Positions 37,341-50,291 of a stretch of 64,000 nt of DNA are shown here, piece by piece. Source of the stretch: Octopus vulgaris. Taxonomy: Eukaryota. Under the pieces are notes generated by a model. The model worked only from the letters and a program-made list of their open reading frames with translations, was not told the origin of the DNA and ran no database searches. The stretch spans positions 145,948,001 to 146,012,000 of the forward strand of contig OX597817.1 of NCBI GenBank assembly GCA_951406725.2, read 5' to 3'. The first letter of the stretch is position 1. Each line of letters begins with the position of its first letter. The position numbers were made by a program, and so were the translations under genes.

Positions 37341-40252
37341 AGAAAGAATGAAAATCTTGGGGGATCAAACTCTTAGTCATTTGTTATGACTTATTCTCTC
37401 AATATAAGTAATTGGCCTGTTGAAATGATGATGATAACGATGACAGTGGTGGTGGTAATGACAAAGATGATGATGATGATGACAATGATGGTGATAAAAG
37501 TGAGAAGGAGAAGGATGGTGGTGATGATGATTTTCTTAAGAAACAGGGCACAATTTGAAGTGGGGAAAGACTTTAATATAGAAATATTAAAATTTCTGTT
37601 TTTGAAAACCAGTGGATGTATTCCACTGAAATTAGGTAAATAATCCTTCGAACAGACGGTCGGCAGCAACGCCTGCTGGGTCTGGCTACTCTGCATTGAT
37701 AAAGGGCAAATACCCTGAAACATGCCTGCAGATGTCTGACCAGCAAGGGGAAGCTGGTGACCTCCCCTGTTCGAAGGTTATAATGGACACAGGTTCAAGT
37801 GTCATATAGCTAGCTAGAGGCAATGGCCTCTTGGAGCTAATCAGCGGCAGCTTTAGTCTTATATTTATGGACTGCCATATTAGCTTGGCGATAACTGTTA
37901 ATGACTTTAATATAAAAAAACTCCAATTTATTTCCCCCACAAATATGAAAATTAACTTGACATTGATGGAGTTTGAACTCAAAACTGTACCATCAGGCAT
38001 AGAAATTACAAAATATCAAACTTGGCTCATTGCTGCCATGCCCAACTAGTTGATTAATTACCTTCATTAAAAATATCATAGTAAAAGGCTAAGTAGTAAA
38101 TAAAGTTTCCTAAATTCAATCCTGCTAAATAAAGTACATTAAGGTAAAAGAAATTCTTTGGAAATACCAAAACATATTTCCTCAAAACCAGCAAAGCATG
38201 AAAAGAACTGAAGGAGAGAAGCTGAATAAAAGAAAATTATGTAGACACACTTAGAGAGAGAAGCTGCTAAGAAAATCTAGCAGTTTACCATAATCTAGCT
38301 ATATTGATTCCAGCAGCTGTGGCTAGTTTGTAGATCAGAGAGAAGAGCCCAGTCTAATGGCATAATCAAATGGCGCCGATGTTTCTGAGAGTCAGCCAAG
38401 AGTTACATGTTGCTGACATATGTATTAAGGCAATCAGCCTATTCTAGAAGCTTCTTTCATCTTTCAAACTCAAACTGTAGCTTCCAAGTTCAAAGTGGAA
38501 CGGGGAGAAAGATCTTGACAAATACAAATGGTGTACATCCACCAGCAGACAACTTTGGTTAATCAAGTGGGTTGAAATTTGGTTAAAAGCTAAGCAGACT
38601 AATATGGCTGAAAGAAAAACACGAAAAGCATGAAATTAGGGCAATAAAAGAAAAAAACTGTTAGCTTTACTTTCTTTGTGTGAAGCTGAGACTGATCCAA
38701 AAGACATTATTGTACAACATTCATAAAAACTATAGAAGCTGGCTTTTACCAATTTTATTATAAAACAAATATTTTGTTTCTTCTGTTCTAGTGAAACAAT
38801 GAAAATTGCTGTTGCTCACATGAAACAATTTGTTCTATACTCTTTTGTTTTTCTGTGTTTTTTTAATTTTTATTTTTCTGGTTTGTCATAGGGCTGTGGC
38901 TATGCTGGAGTACCATCTAAAAGGGTTTAGGCTCAGTTTGTCTAAGCTTAAAAGCAATTCTGCAAACAATTCTGTAGGTGCAGCCATGGCTGCGCGGTTA
39001 AGAATCTCACTTTGCAACCAAGTTGTTTCAGGTTCACTCCCACTGCATGGCACTTTGGGCAAATGACTGCTACTCTAGCCCCTAGGTGATCAATGCCTGG
39101 TGAGTGAATTTGGTAGACAGAAACTGTGTAGAAGCCTGTCATCATCATCATCATTTAACGTCCATTTTCCATGCTAGCATGGGTTGGATGGTTCGACGAA
39201 CTGGCAGAAGCATTAGCACACCGGGCGAAATGCTTAGCGGTAATTCGTCTGCCGCTACGTTCTAAGTTCAAATTCCTCCGAGGTCGACTTTGCCTTTCAT
39301 CCTTTCGGGGTCTATTAAATAAGTACCAGTTACGCACTGGGGTCGATATAACCGACTTAATCCGTTTGTCTGTCCTTGTTTGTCCTCTTTGTGTTCAGCC
39401 CCTTGTGGGTAGTAAAGAAATAGGTTCGACCGGGGTCTGGAAAGCCAGGAGGCTGCACCAGGCTCCAGTCTGATCTGGCAGTGTTTCTACAGTTGGATGC
39501 CCTTCCTAACGCCAACCACTCCGTGAGGGTAGTGGGTGTATTTTACGTGCCATCGGCACAGGGGCCAGAGGAAGCTGGCAAACAGCCACAATCGGTTAGT
39601 GCTTTTATGTGTCCGACACGGATGCCAGCCAGGTGGTGCTGGCATCTGCCACGTTCTGACAGTGCTTTTTACGTGTCACCGGCACAGGTGTCTTAACTAC
39701 AATTTCCATTTGATTTTTATTTTGATGTTGACATACTTGACTCTATAGGTCTCTTGTCATATTTATAAATTTGTTTTTATGTTATAATAAAAACAATTTC
39801 ACATTAAATTGAAAGATCACTAACCACATTTGGTAGAGTACAAATTTATTTATTCTTTAACAGAAGTAGTATTGACAGTGACTTCGAAGCTTTGGCCAGC
39901 TAGGTCATCATCAGATTGTGTGTCTCTACTTGCCTCCCATCACCACTTGTCCTAGGAACTTAGCAATTTGGCAAAAGAAACAGATAAACTAAATTCCAAA
40001 CTTAAAATAATTACTGGGATTGATCTGTTCAACTAAAACCCTTCAAGGAGGTGCAGCAGCATGGCTGCAGTTCAATAAGTGAAACAAATAAAAGCTAAAA
40101 AGGAGAGGACAAACAAACCAGGAATTAAAAAAATATTGGTCATCCAGAGAATTGTACCAATTGGTAACCAGAACTGAAGAAAATTAAAATATGATCAGCA
40201 CAAGTATCAGTTCCATCATGTTTGCTACTTTACCAACCAGATTGACTTGGTT

Positions 40253-41152
40253 CAGTGGTTCTCAATCATTCTTTTTACTTATGGACCCCTTTAATTACTA
40301 TTTTATTCTGGTGGAAATATTTTCTGGGTTTTTGTTTTTATTTTTCTGGTTTCAATCACGGGACTGTGGCCACGCCGAAGTACCATTTGAAAGGGTTTAG
40401 GACTACCATAGCTCTTCAATGATTTAAAACTAGATGCAGCACGGAATTTTGTCAGTGAACAGGTCGCGGTCTCAAAGCGACGAAAATATTTTGGCAAATT
40501 AAATTTAGATGTTGAAGTGAATCTAACGGTTTTTGTGTGTTTCTTAAATGGCTTATAAACACCTTCCACACAGCAATTGATTTAAAACTAGTTTGATAGA
40601 TACTTCTTTTGAAAATTCTTATTTCATTTTTCATCCATTCACTTGTGATGGTTTGCAATAGTATTCTCCGAGGAAACATGTTTTAGTCACCAAAAACATG
40701 TTAAACTATGACAAACATTAGAGAAAGAAACCTGACTGTTCCTTGCAATAAACACATCAAAAGCAAAATTTTTCCTTCATGCACACATTAAACACTACTG
40801 AATAGCGTGGTCAATGCCAGTGCCGCCTGACTGGCACCCGTATTGGTGGCATGTAAGAAGTACCATTCGAGCATGGTCGATGCTAGTGCCACCTGACTAG
40901 CTCCCATGCTGGTGGCGCATAAAAATCACCACTACACTCTTAGAGTGGTTGGCATTAGAAAACCTTGCTAGATTAGATTGGAGTCTAGTGCAACCTCCCA
41001 GCTTGTCAGTCTTCAGTCAAACCGTCCAATCCATACCAGCATGGAAGGTAGACGTTAAACAACAACGATGATGATGATGTAGGTACCCAATTTACAATTC
41101 TGCTTGCGTGGACCTTCCAAAATCTTACATGGACCCAGGTTGAAAACCACTG
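40253..41152. mobile_element. hAT/Charlie-like MITE ends separated by nested insertions
   Basis: CAGTGGTTCTCAA at about 40253 and TTGAAAACCACTG ending at 41152, each with a nearby GGACCC motif. An 8-bp TSD is not recognisable. Confidence 0.5.
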
Positions 41153-43814
41153 ATTTACATGATGCCAACTAATCATGGTTTACTCTGGCAAAAGTTCAGC
41201 AGAACTTCACTAAATAACTGATCGATGAATCCTATGGCTTCCAACTCTAATTTGGTTCATAATACATTTTCCTGAGTAATTCATTCGGTCAGAAGTAAGA
41301 AAACAAGTATCATTGGTGTAGTGTATGAAGTGACTGGAAATAGAACTGACGTAAAGCATGGAGAATTTGTTAGTTGTGCTACAACGGGGAGTATCTATAT
41401 CAGGTGTGAACAAACTTCTTGCATCATTGACCCTTTCATGGAATCATTGATATCAACCCCATCTTGTAAATTTCTAAAATGAAATCTTAAAATATAATTA
41501 AAAAATATCTTGATTTAAAAAACAATAATTTCTTCATTTTTTCGTGTCATTACAATGTTTTTAATAAGAAATACTTAAAGAACAATAAAACTTCAGTCAT
41601 ATTATATTGGGTACCATGTAAAAGCATCTGTGTGGTGCCACATAAAAGCATCCAGATGTAGAAACTTTGCCAGATCAAATTGGAACCTGGTGCAGCTCCC
41701 CAGCTTGCCAACTCTGGTCAAACCATCCAACTCATGCTAGCATGGACAATGGACATTAACTGATGATGATGGTGAAGGTGGCAGAATTGTTAACTGATGA
41801 TGATGATGATCACACACAGTGAGCTTCTTGCAGTTTATGTCTATGAAATCCATTTATAGTGCTTTGATTGGTTAAGTACTATAATGTAAGATGCTTGCCC
41901 AACATAGTGCACTGTGGGACAGAATCTAAAACTATGCATGTCTTAACCACACAGCCATATCGGCATCTCTAAACTACATTGAGTATAAAAATACTTTCCT
42001 CATCATTGTTTAATGTCCGTTTTCCATGCTAGCATGGGTTGGACGGTTTGACTGGGATCTGGGAAGCCAGGAGGCTGCACCAGGCTCCAGTCTGACCTGG
42101 CAGTGTTTCTACAGCTTGATGCCCTTCCTAACGCCAACCACTCCGTGAGTGTAGTAGGTGCTTTTTACGTGCCACCGGCACAATGTTTCATTCCCAGCAA
42201 ATAGAACTCATTGTAAGAAAGCAATTGCTTTCCATACAAAAGATTGAATTAGTGATGTGCAAGCCAAATGAGTTATATCAGAGAGAGAGAGACAGATAGA
42301 TAGGAATATAAGTAGTTTCAAGAGCTGACCCACAGTTCCAGTTGAACTGAGCTGGGAATAATACAATGGATATGTGATAGGAACTTACTGGAAACATTGG
42401 TTGCACTAAACTAAAAAAAACATTTGGAAATTAGAAGTAGTAAATGTTGACTCCAATAATGACAACGGAAATAGCAGGCACTTATGTTGAAAATTAGGTA
42501 AATAAATATTAGAACACTTGTAAATGTTGTAGCTTGGAAAGCGACATGCCAAGAATAACAGCAGAGGAAGTGGCTGATACAGGCCTCAACAAGTTGAAGT
42601 GTTTTTTTTTTCTTTTCTATTCAACACATGCTATTAAACCTCATGGATGTCAATATTTTTTGGTACCCCATGATGGGGAAACAGTACCATGGGTAGAGGA
42701 ATAGAGTATTTGTGATGCTTTACTTTTGTTTCTTTGTAACAGCAAAGTGAAGTGCAGCCTCTGAGGGAAACCCAAAACTTGAACCCACTATATCTATCTT
42801 GGAGTCTAATGATTGCACATAATAGTGATATAACGATAAAGAGATTACACACACACACACAGAGGAACATAGTTCAGATGAAGCATTCATCTGTTACTTT
42901 ACTCCATCACATGCTATTGGTAGACAGATGTATTTATTTACCAATAGTATGGAACATCAAAAGTAATTGTTAAAAAATATTAACAGGAAAATTTCCTCGC
43001 TAATAATATCATACAAATTATTTAATAGAAGACAAAGATGTTATAAAGATTTCAAAAGTGTGTTAACTTTCGAAAACAAAAAAAGGTAATAGTTCTAATG
43101 AAATCACATTCTGTAATAAAACAATTTGCATTTTAATTACTTCAAACCATGGAAAACATAACCCAAATAATTAAACTCATTTAACCCATTTAATTAAACT
43201 AAAATATCAAACAACAATGGGTAAGCTTATTGTTTTCTTTTAAACCATTAGGTGTTACTGGATCACTAAGATTAACCAGAAAATCTGCTAAGGCACCATT
43301 ATCCATTTATAAGTTCCACATATGTTGAGATAGGCAATAGCGTAAACTGAAAGCATTGATGTTGAAATTTCACTTAAGGTCTTCCATACATCACAGGTGT
43401 CTTCAGCTGCAACTTACTACTGACAGTTCTTGGAGTTGTTTTAATAATTCAATACAAGGATTGGGAGGTGAATCATCCTAAATAGAACCCCACCATGAGG
43501 GCCATTACTGCTATTGCTATCACAATAGTGCAACAGACTTCAGTTTTTTTCCCCTTCTTTCATAACATCAATTTACAGTTATTGACAAAACCAATAAATA
43601 GTACCAGCAGTAGATTTTATTTAGAGTCACCAAACACAGAATATCACTGCTATAACTACCACCACCACCACATTACTATTCACTAAAGAATACAATATTA
43701 TATTTCCCATAACTATAAACATAGAGTAGCCAATAAATATTCCCAATTAACTATACAGCTACCATAACAAGTACAGTTAATTCTACAGCAACCATTATTT
43801 ACAAAACTTTCACT

Positions 43815-44150
43815 GCTGCTGCTACCACTGGCACCACCACCACAAGTACTACCACACCATCAGTACCAGTACCACCACTACTACCACAAGTACTACCACA
43901 CCATCAGTACCACTACCACCACCACCACCACCACCACAAGTATTACCATAACATCAGTACCACCACTACTACCACACCATCAGTACCACCACCACAAGTA
44001 TTATCATACCATCAGTACCACCACTACTACTGTAAGCACTACCATACCATCAGTACCACCATTACTACCACATGTACTACTATACCATCAGTACCACCAC
44101 TATACCATCAGGACTACCACTACTACCGCAAGCACTACCCAGATTCAGTC
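43815..44150 (+). repeat. Degenerate (CAC/TAC)n satellite with a higher-order unit of about 33-42 bp (ACAAGTACTACCACACCATCAGTACC)
   Basis: CCATCAGTACC recurs about 8 times. Confidence 0.85.
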
Positions 44151-45392
44151 CATCACTATTACAAGACCATCACTGTCAGCAACAAACGTAATTTTCCCCA
44201 GAAACAAAAGCATCACATCCATCACCAATAAACAGTCAGTCGACACCAACCACATCAAACTTTTTCACTCGTTTGGCCTGTACCTGAGGAAGACATAGCC
44301 TGCAACAAGCTATAAATGGAAGCTGGTGGGTTAGTTAATCTTGCCGACATCGTGTTACAATATATAATCTTAATATAGATGCCCAACACAGCTGCCAGAA
44401 AAGTATGTGTAATTCAAGGTGACAACTAGAAGTTGTCTTGCATCTGGCACCACCAACAGAACAGCTTTTACTACTGTTAATCAGTTGGCATAAAAAAAAA
44501 CTGTGTAGCCAAATATATAAAAAAGTATTTCAAAATTTGAACATTTCCAATATATTTTCAATTTAGAGTTTTCCATAAAAGAGATATTGTACAAAAGACA
44601 AAAAAAAAAGGGGGTATAAAACTAGATAAATCACATACACACACATGTGCAGAAATGCAAGCACAGAAAAACAGACCACAGACACATGCAGGCATGCACA
44701 CACACACATGCACAGTCTATTTAAGCAACATTTAATAACATATGTTTAAATGGATGACAAACTCAGGAGTTAAAACACTTGTTTTTCTCACATACATACA
44801 ATTACAAAAGAAGTACTGACTATGACGATTATACTTCCTCAGACAGCCCACTGGTTCTAAGATATCACACACACATGTATTGACATGAGTGTGACTGCGT
44901 GGTAAGAAGCTTGCTTCCCAACCACATGGTTCCAGGTTCAGTCCCATTGGTAGTACCGTGGGCAAATGCATTCTACTATAGCCCAGGGCTGACTAAAACC
45001 TTGTGAGTGGATATGGTAGACAGAAACCATTATATATATATAAGAATTTTTTGCGTAATGAGATAAAAAAAACCATGGCTGTGTAGATATTAGAACATTT
45101 ATAGATAGGTCTTACAGCTGTTTCCAGGATATTTATTAATTATATCCCTCCTTGGTTTTTTTATCTTATTACACAAAAAATTCTTATATACACACGCTGA
45201 CATATAACCAACGTTGAACCCCTTATTCGCAAAATCACCGAACCTGGAACTTAACTATGGTCTGTCTATAGCACTTATTCAGCATTACCTGACACTTTTG
45301 GGTCTCAATGACACCATTACCTCTTATAACCTCAATATATATATGATGATGATGATATTTATATATATATATATATTATTTTTGATCTTTTA

Positions 45393-46762
45393 TCTCTATA
45401 TATATAAAACTGAGAATGTGTGTCTGTCTGTCTGTGTGTTTCCCTAAAACTTGATAACTACGCAACCAATTTCATTCAAATTTCACACATGCCTTACGTA
45501 GGGTCCGGGGAGTGTCATTGGCAAAATTTTTAAAACTTTTTGCCTAGGGCGAGCCCACAGTAATATCATATCTTCTCCACTCTGATTTCCTAAAACTTGA
45601 GAACTACAGAACTAGTTTCATTCAAATTTTACACATGCCTTACTTAGGGTCCATGTAGCATCATGGGCAAAAAAAATGTTTAACTTCTTGCCTAGAGCAA
45701 GCCCACAGCAGTATCATATCTTCTCCACTATCTCAGTATTACGTGTTAAAAGTGAAACAAAAACATCTCTCTATTGTATGTATATGGATCAAAATATAGT
45801 TATATCTTGAGATCGTTAGTGACAACAACGCTCAAAATATATAACAGACTGGAACAGTAGTGCTCAAATGAGCTGTATACACTTTTTAATCCGAGGGGAG
45901 GCAATGCGAGCAGCAACTACAAAAGCACTACAAAATCCACAGAAAGATCAAACACATTCATATATTCATTTATATCTACAGAACAGACATAAAGCTCGAC
46001 GTTTAGAAATATATAGTAATATATAAATATCATATAAAAATATATTGTACGCATAAGATCCACTCGACGTTCCATAAGAAATTTAAAAATAAAAATTGCA
46101 ATAAAAGTTAGAGGTAATAATAACAATTGAATTAAATATAGTAAATATAGTAAGTAGTAATTAAATATATTTTATTTTATTAAAATGGTAATTAAATCGT
46201 TATATAACAATTAAAAGAAAAAATAGCAATTAGTATAAAATGTATCAAGGACTTGAACTCGAATATGTGGCTTTGCATGAATGGGAGAAATTAAAAGATG
46301 AAAAATTTAATTGAGTGCAGAAGTGAATTAGTCCAGATGGAGATGTGCTCATACCATTTACTATAGCTGTTAGATTGAATTATATGCTTATAAAGTAGCA
46401 TTCAGTATCTAAGAGAATTTTTGGGAGTACGTAATGTCTGGTCTTTCGCATGTAGCAGGTATGTAATTGTGCATTTGTTTCCATGTACTATGTATTGTGT
46501 GTAAAAAACATCCTGACAAGGGGAATGTCAATTTTAAATATATGATATGTTTCATATTAATTGATGCATCTCCGAAACGGTCCGTAGATGAACTTTGATG
46601 TATTTTTGTAAATTTGTATATTTATCTTCTATATATTTTTCTCTGGAATTTTAATTCATCTTTTTAATATGTCATTGTATGTTTTATTACCCCAAATTTT
46701 TAATTTAACAAATTTATACCAAACTAGCACTATGATCCGGCAACGCCAGGTCATAATGCTAG
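45393..46762 (+). mobile_element. Non-autonomous Helitron (~1.37 kb) with internal tandem duplication and cargo
   Basis: A|TCTCTATATATATAAAAC ... ACTAGCACTATGATCCGGCAACGCCAGGTCATAATGCTAG|T. A ~145-bp unit is duplicated (about 45440-45582 and 45586-45730). Confidence 0.82.
46509..46590 (+). ncRNA. Type-I hammerhead ribozyme motif with one core substitution, inside a Helitron
   Basis: CATC-CTGACAA-[GGGGA...TCTCC stem II]-GAAA-CGGTCCG-TA-GATG. Stem I is CATC/GATG. Confidence 0.65.
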
Positions 46763-48503
46763 TATAAATATATAAATGAAGATATTTCCTCCATCTGTCT
46801 GCTTTTCTTTCTACAAAACAGGAAGTTACATTGCAGAACAGTTATTTTAACGAGTTGTATTTATTTATCACCCGACTAGATACATCTGCACCACCGGATG
46901 CTCCTGAACCAGTTGTTGAGTGTCCCACCCATGAGGGATCGATGCTAAATGTGTCAAAAGAATTGTTATGATTAACAATAAATTCTCATATATTCCATCT
47001 TCCGTCTTTCATTTGCCATACGTGTGTGTTTCCCACTACCACTTGTGTTGGTGTGCTTCCTTCCCTGTAACTGAGCAGTTTGGCAAGAGTGACTGATAGA
47101 ATAAGTACCAGGTTTGAAAAAAGTACTGAGTCAATTCATTCAACTAAAAATTCTTCAAATCAGTGCTCCAGCAAGGCCACAGTTTAATGACTGAAACAAT
47201 ATATATCAGAGATGGCAATGAGCACAAAATGAAGAAAATGAAGAAGAGATAAGTTTTAACAAATATATTAGTTTAACATTTAAAAAAAGAAAGAAGGGGA
47301 AAAGTTTTGATATTTCAAACGCTTTTCCCTCATCAGAAGAAAATAGAAAAGGAAAAATAAAATGGATGAGAAACAGTGGTTGGAAAAAGACAAAAAAAAA
47401 GGGGCTATGGGCCTAGTGGGGTGAGGAGGCATGGTGGGCGTGTGCATATATAGGATAGTATCCATGTACAGAGGCTGGTATGACTGGTGGTATGGGGCAC
47501 ATGTGATTCCTTGGGGTGTGCAAGTGTGTGAGTGTAGCAGCATGGGACAGTTGGGTTGCGGGAGGATTGTGTGCAAATGTAATCATATTGTATGTGGGAG
47601 GAGGAGATGTATGTCTGTTAGTGCATGCATACATGTTTGTATGTTTGTGTGTATATCATCATCATCGTCGTCGTTTAACATCTGCTTTCTATGCTGGCAT
47701 GGGTTGGACAGTTTGACTGAGGGCTGACAAGCCAGAAGGCTGCACTAGGCTCCAATCCAACCTGACAATGTTTCTATAGTTGGATGCCCTTCCTAATGCC
47801 AACCACTCTGAGAGTGTTGTGAGTGCTTTTTATGTGCCACTGGCATAAGGGCCAGTCAGGTGGTACTGGCATCGACCACACTCGAATGGTGCCTTTTACA
47901 TGCAACCAGCATGGGCCCAGTCAGGCAGCACTGTTATCGATCACGCTCAAATGGTGCTTTTTATGTGCCACCGGCACAGGTTCCAATCAGGCAGCATTGT
48001 CATCGGCCATGACAATGACTTCACTTGCCCCAACATGTCTTCGCAAGCGCAGTTTATTGCCCAATGGTTGAAGCATACTCTTAAATGGGCTGGTTATGCT
48101 GCACTGGTATAGGCCATGGTCACAGTCTCACTTGGCTTGCCATGTGTTTGTGTGTGTGTGTGTGTGTATGGATGGATGGGTGTATGTATATGTGTGAACT
48201 GGTGTGTTAAGTTGTGACCCTTTGTGTCAAAAGATTGATAAAGTACTAAACTGAAATAAGTCCTGAGGCTGATATGATAGAGTAACACTCTTGAAGGGAA
48301 TGGTACCCCTGCATGGCTGTAGTCCAAAGACTGAATCCAGTAAAAGACTGAAACTATTCCTTACTAACCATATTTTTTTTAAAAATAGCCCAAATGTATC
48401 AAAGAGAAAGCAGGAATGGAAAATTCTACATGCTTACAAAATAAAATATTACAAAAACAAATTGTCACAGAAGTAGGAAACAAACAAAATATTATGGCAA
48501 GAT

Positions 48504-49253
48504 ACGGTTGAGGGAACCTGTGGAAGAGGCAGACCCAGGAAAACCTGGGACGAGGTGGTGAAGCACGACCTTCGAACTTTAGGTCTCACTGAGGAAATGA
48601 CTAGAGACCGAGACCTCTGGAAGTGTGCTGTGCGCGAGAAGACCCGGCAGGACAAGTGAGTCCATAACCCATGGCCTTCTACATGGGATGGAGCTGGCCT
48701 ACGTATGCATACCTTCCCTTCTTGGGACACAAAACTCTACTTGTGAAGACGTGTTGAGGCAAGTGAGGATCAGAATCGAAATCGATCAATGGAAATTGCG
48801 GATGTGCTACCAGTGCCGGTGGCATGTCAAAACTCTGCTTGTAAAGACCCGTTGAGGCAAGTGAGAATCAGAATCGAAATCGATCAATGGAAATTGCAGA
48901 TGTGTTACCAGTGCCGGTGGCATGTAAGAGAACTTTCCGTTTCGCGACCGTTGCCAGCACCGCCCCGTTTCGTGTCCGTTGCCAGCCTCGCCTGGCCCTC
49001 GTGCCGGTGGCACATAAAAAGCACCATCCGTTCGTGGCCGTTTGCCAGCTCTGTCTGGCACCAGTGCGGGTGGCACGTAAAAAGCACCCACTACACTCAC
49101 GGAGTGGTTGGCGTTAGGAAGGGCATCCAGCCGTAGAAACACTGCCAGATTTGACTGGGCCTGATGAAGCCTTCTGGCTTCACAGACCCCAGTAGAACCG
49201 TCCAACCCATGCTAGCATGGAAAACGGACGCTAAACGATGATGATGATGATGA
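48504..49253 (+). mobile_element. 5'-truncated RTE-clade LINE with an internal ~100-bp tandem duplication
   Basis: VEGTCGRGRPRKTWDEVVKHDL...WKCAVREKTRQDK*. Very similar to the copy at 19252-19930 but in the opposite orientation. The duplicated unit spans about 48731-48925. Confidence 0.9.
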
Positions 49254-49353
49254 TTCAATTATCATTATTATATGCAAGCAGGAAGTGGTGAGCTGGCAGA
49301 ATTGTTACTGTACCAGGTAAAATGCTTAACAGCGTTTCATCTATCTTTACATT

Positions 49354-49830
49354 CATCATCATCATTTAACGTCCATTGTCCATGCTGGCATGGGTTTGAC
49401 TGGGCTGGCACGCTGGAAGGCTGCACCAGGTTCCAGTCTGATTTGGCATGGTTTTCTACGGCTGGATGCCCTTCCTAACACCAACCAGTACAAGAGTATA
49501 ATGGGTACTTTTATGTGACACCTGCATGGGTGCCATTTGCATGACACTGACATCCGTTAACATGCCAATTTGTGTGACACCGGTATCTGTGATTTTGCTC
49601 AGCTTGATCAGTCTTCTTCTCGAGCACGACATAATGCCAAAGGTCTTGGTCACTGCCTCTGTGAGGCTCAACAATCGAAAGGAACTCAGCCACTTTGCCT
49701 TCGTCAGGCCCAACGCTCGAAAGGAACTCAACCACTTTGCCTCTGTCAGACCCAACGCTTGAAAGGAACTCAACCACTTTGCTTCCGTTGAGCCCAATGC
49801 TCGAAAGGAACTCAGCCACTTTGCCTCCAT
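49354..49830 (-). repeat. RTE-tailed element with a 42-bp tandem repeat (about 4 units) built from the RTE C-terminal coding sequence
   Basis: Unit TCGAAAGGAACTCAGCCACTTTGCCTTCGTCAGGCCCAACGC. On minus it reads EAKWLSSFRALGLT repeatedly, then DQDLWHYVVLEKK, which is homologous to RTE LQTLGLTEEMTRDRDLWKCAVREK. Confidence 0.75.
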
Positions 49831-50291
49831 CTTGAGTTTAAATTCTGCTGAGGTTAACTTTGCCTTTCATCCTTTTGTGATCAATAAAATAAGTATTAGT
49901 TGAGCACTAGAGCCAATGTAATCAACAAGTCCCCTCCAGCAAAATTTCAGGCCTTGTGCCTATAGTGAAGAGGATTATATGTAAGCGCAGGAATAGTTCT
50001 GTGATTAAGAAGCTTACTTTGCAATCACATGGTCTTGGGTTCAGTCCCACTGCATAGCATTTTGAGCAAGTGTCATGCCCAAGGCTGACCAATACCTTGT
50101 AAGTGAATTTCATAGACAGAAGTGCCTTTCAAGTGAATTTAGAAACCCGTTCTATTTTTCTGTCTTTTTCTAAATGCGCATTCCCATTCAAACATTGGTT
50201 GCATCGAATGCAGTAACTAAACTATCTTGTGGTTTTTACCAACACCAGATTCATAATTGGCAAAATAAATTGATATTTTAGTCAAGAAGCC

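Noticed and set aside
46780-47010. Possible exon (plus EVTLQNSYFNELYLF..., minus MANERRKMEYMR...)
   Set aside because: No recognisable homology, no suitable donor site, and early stops.
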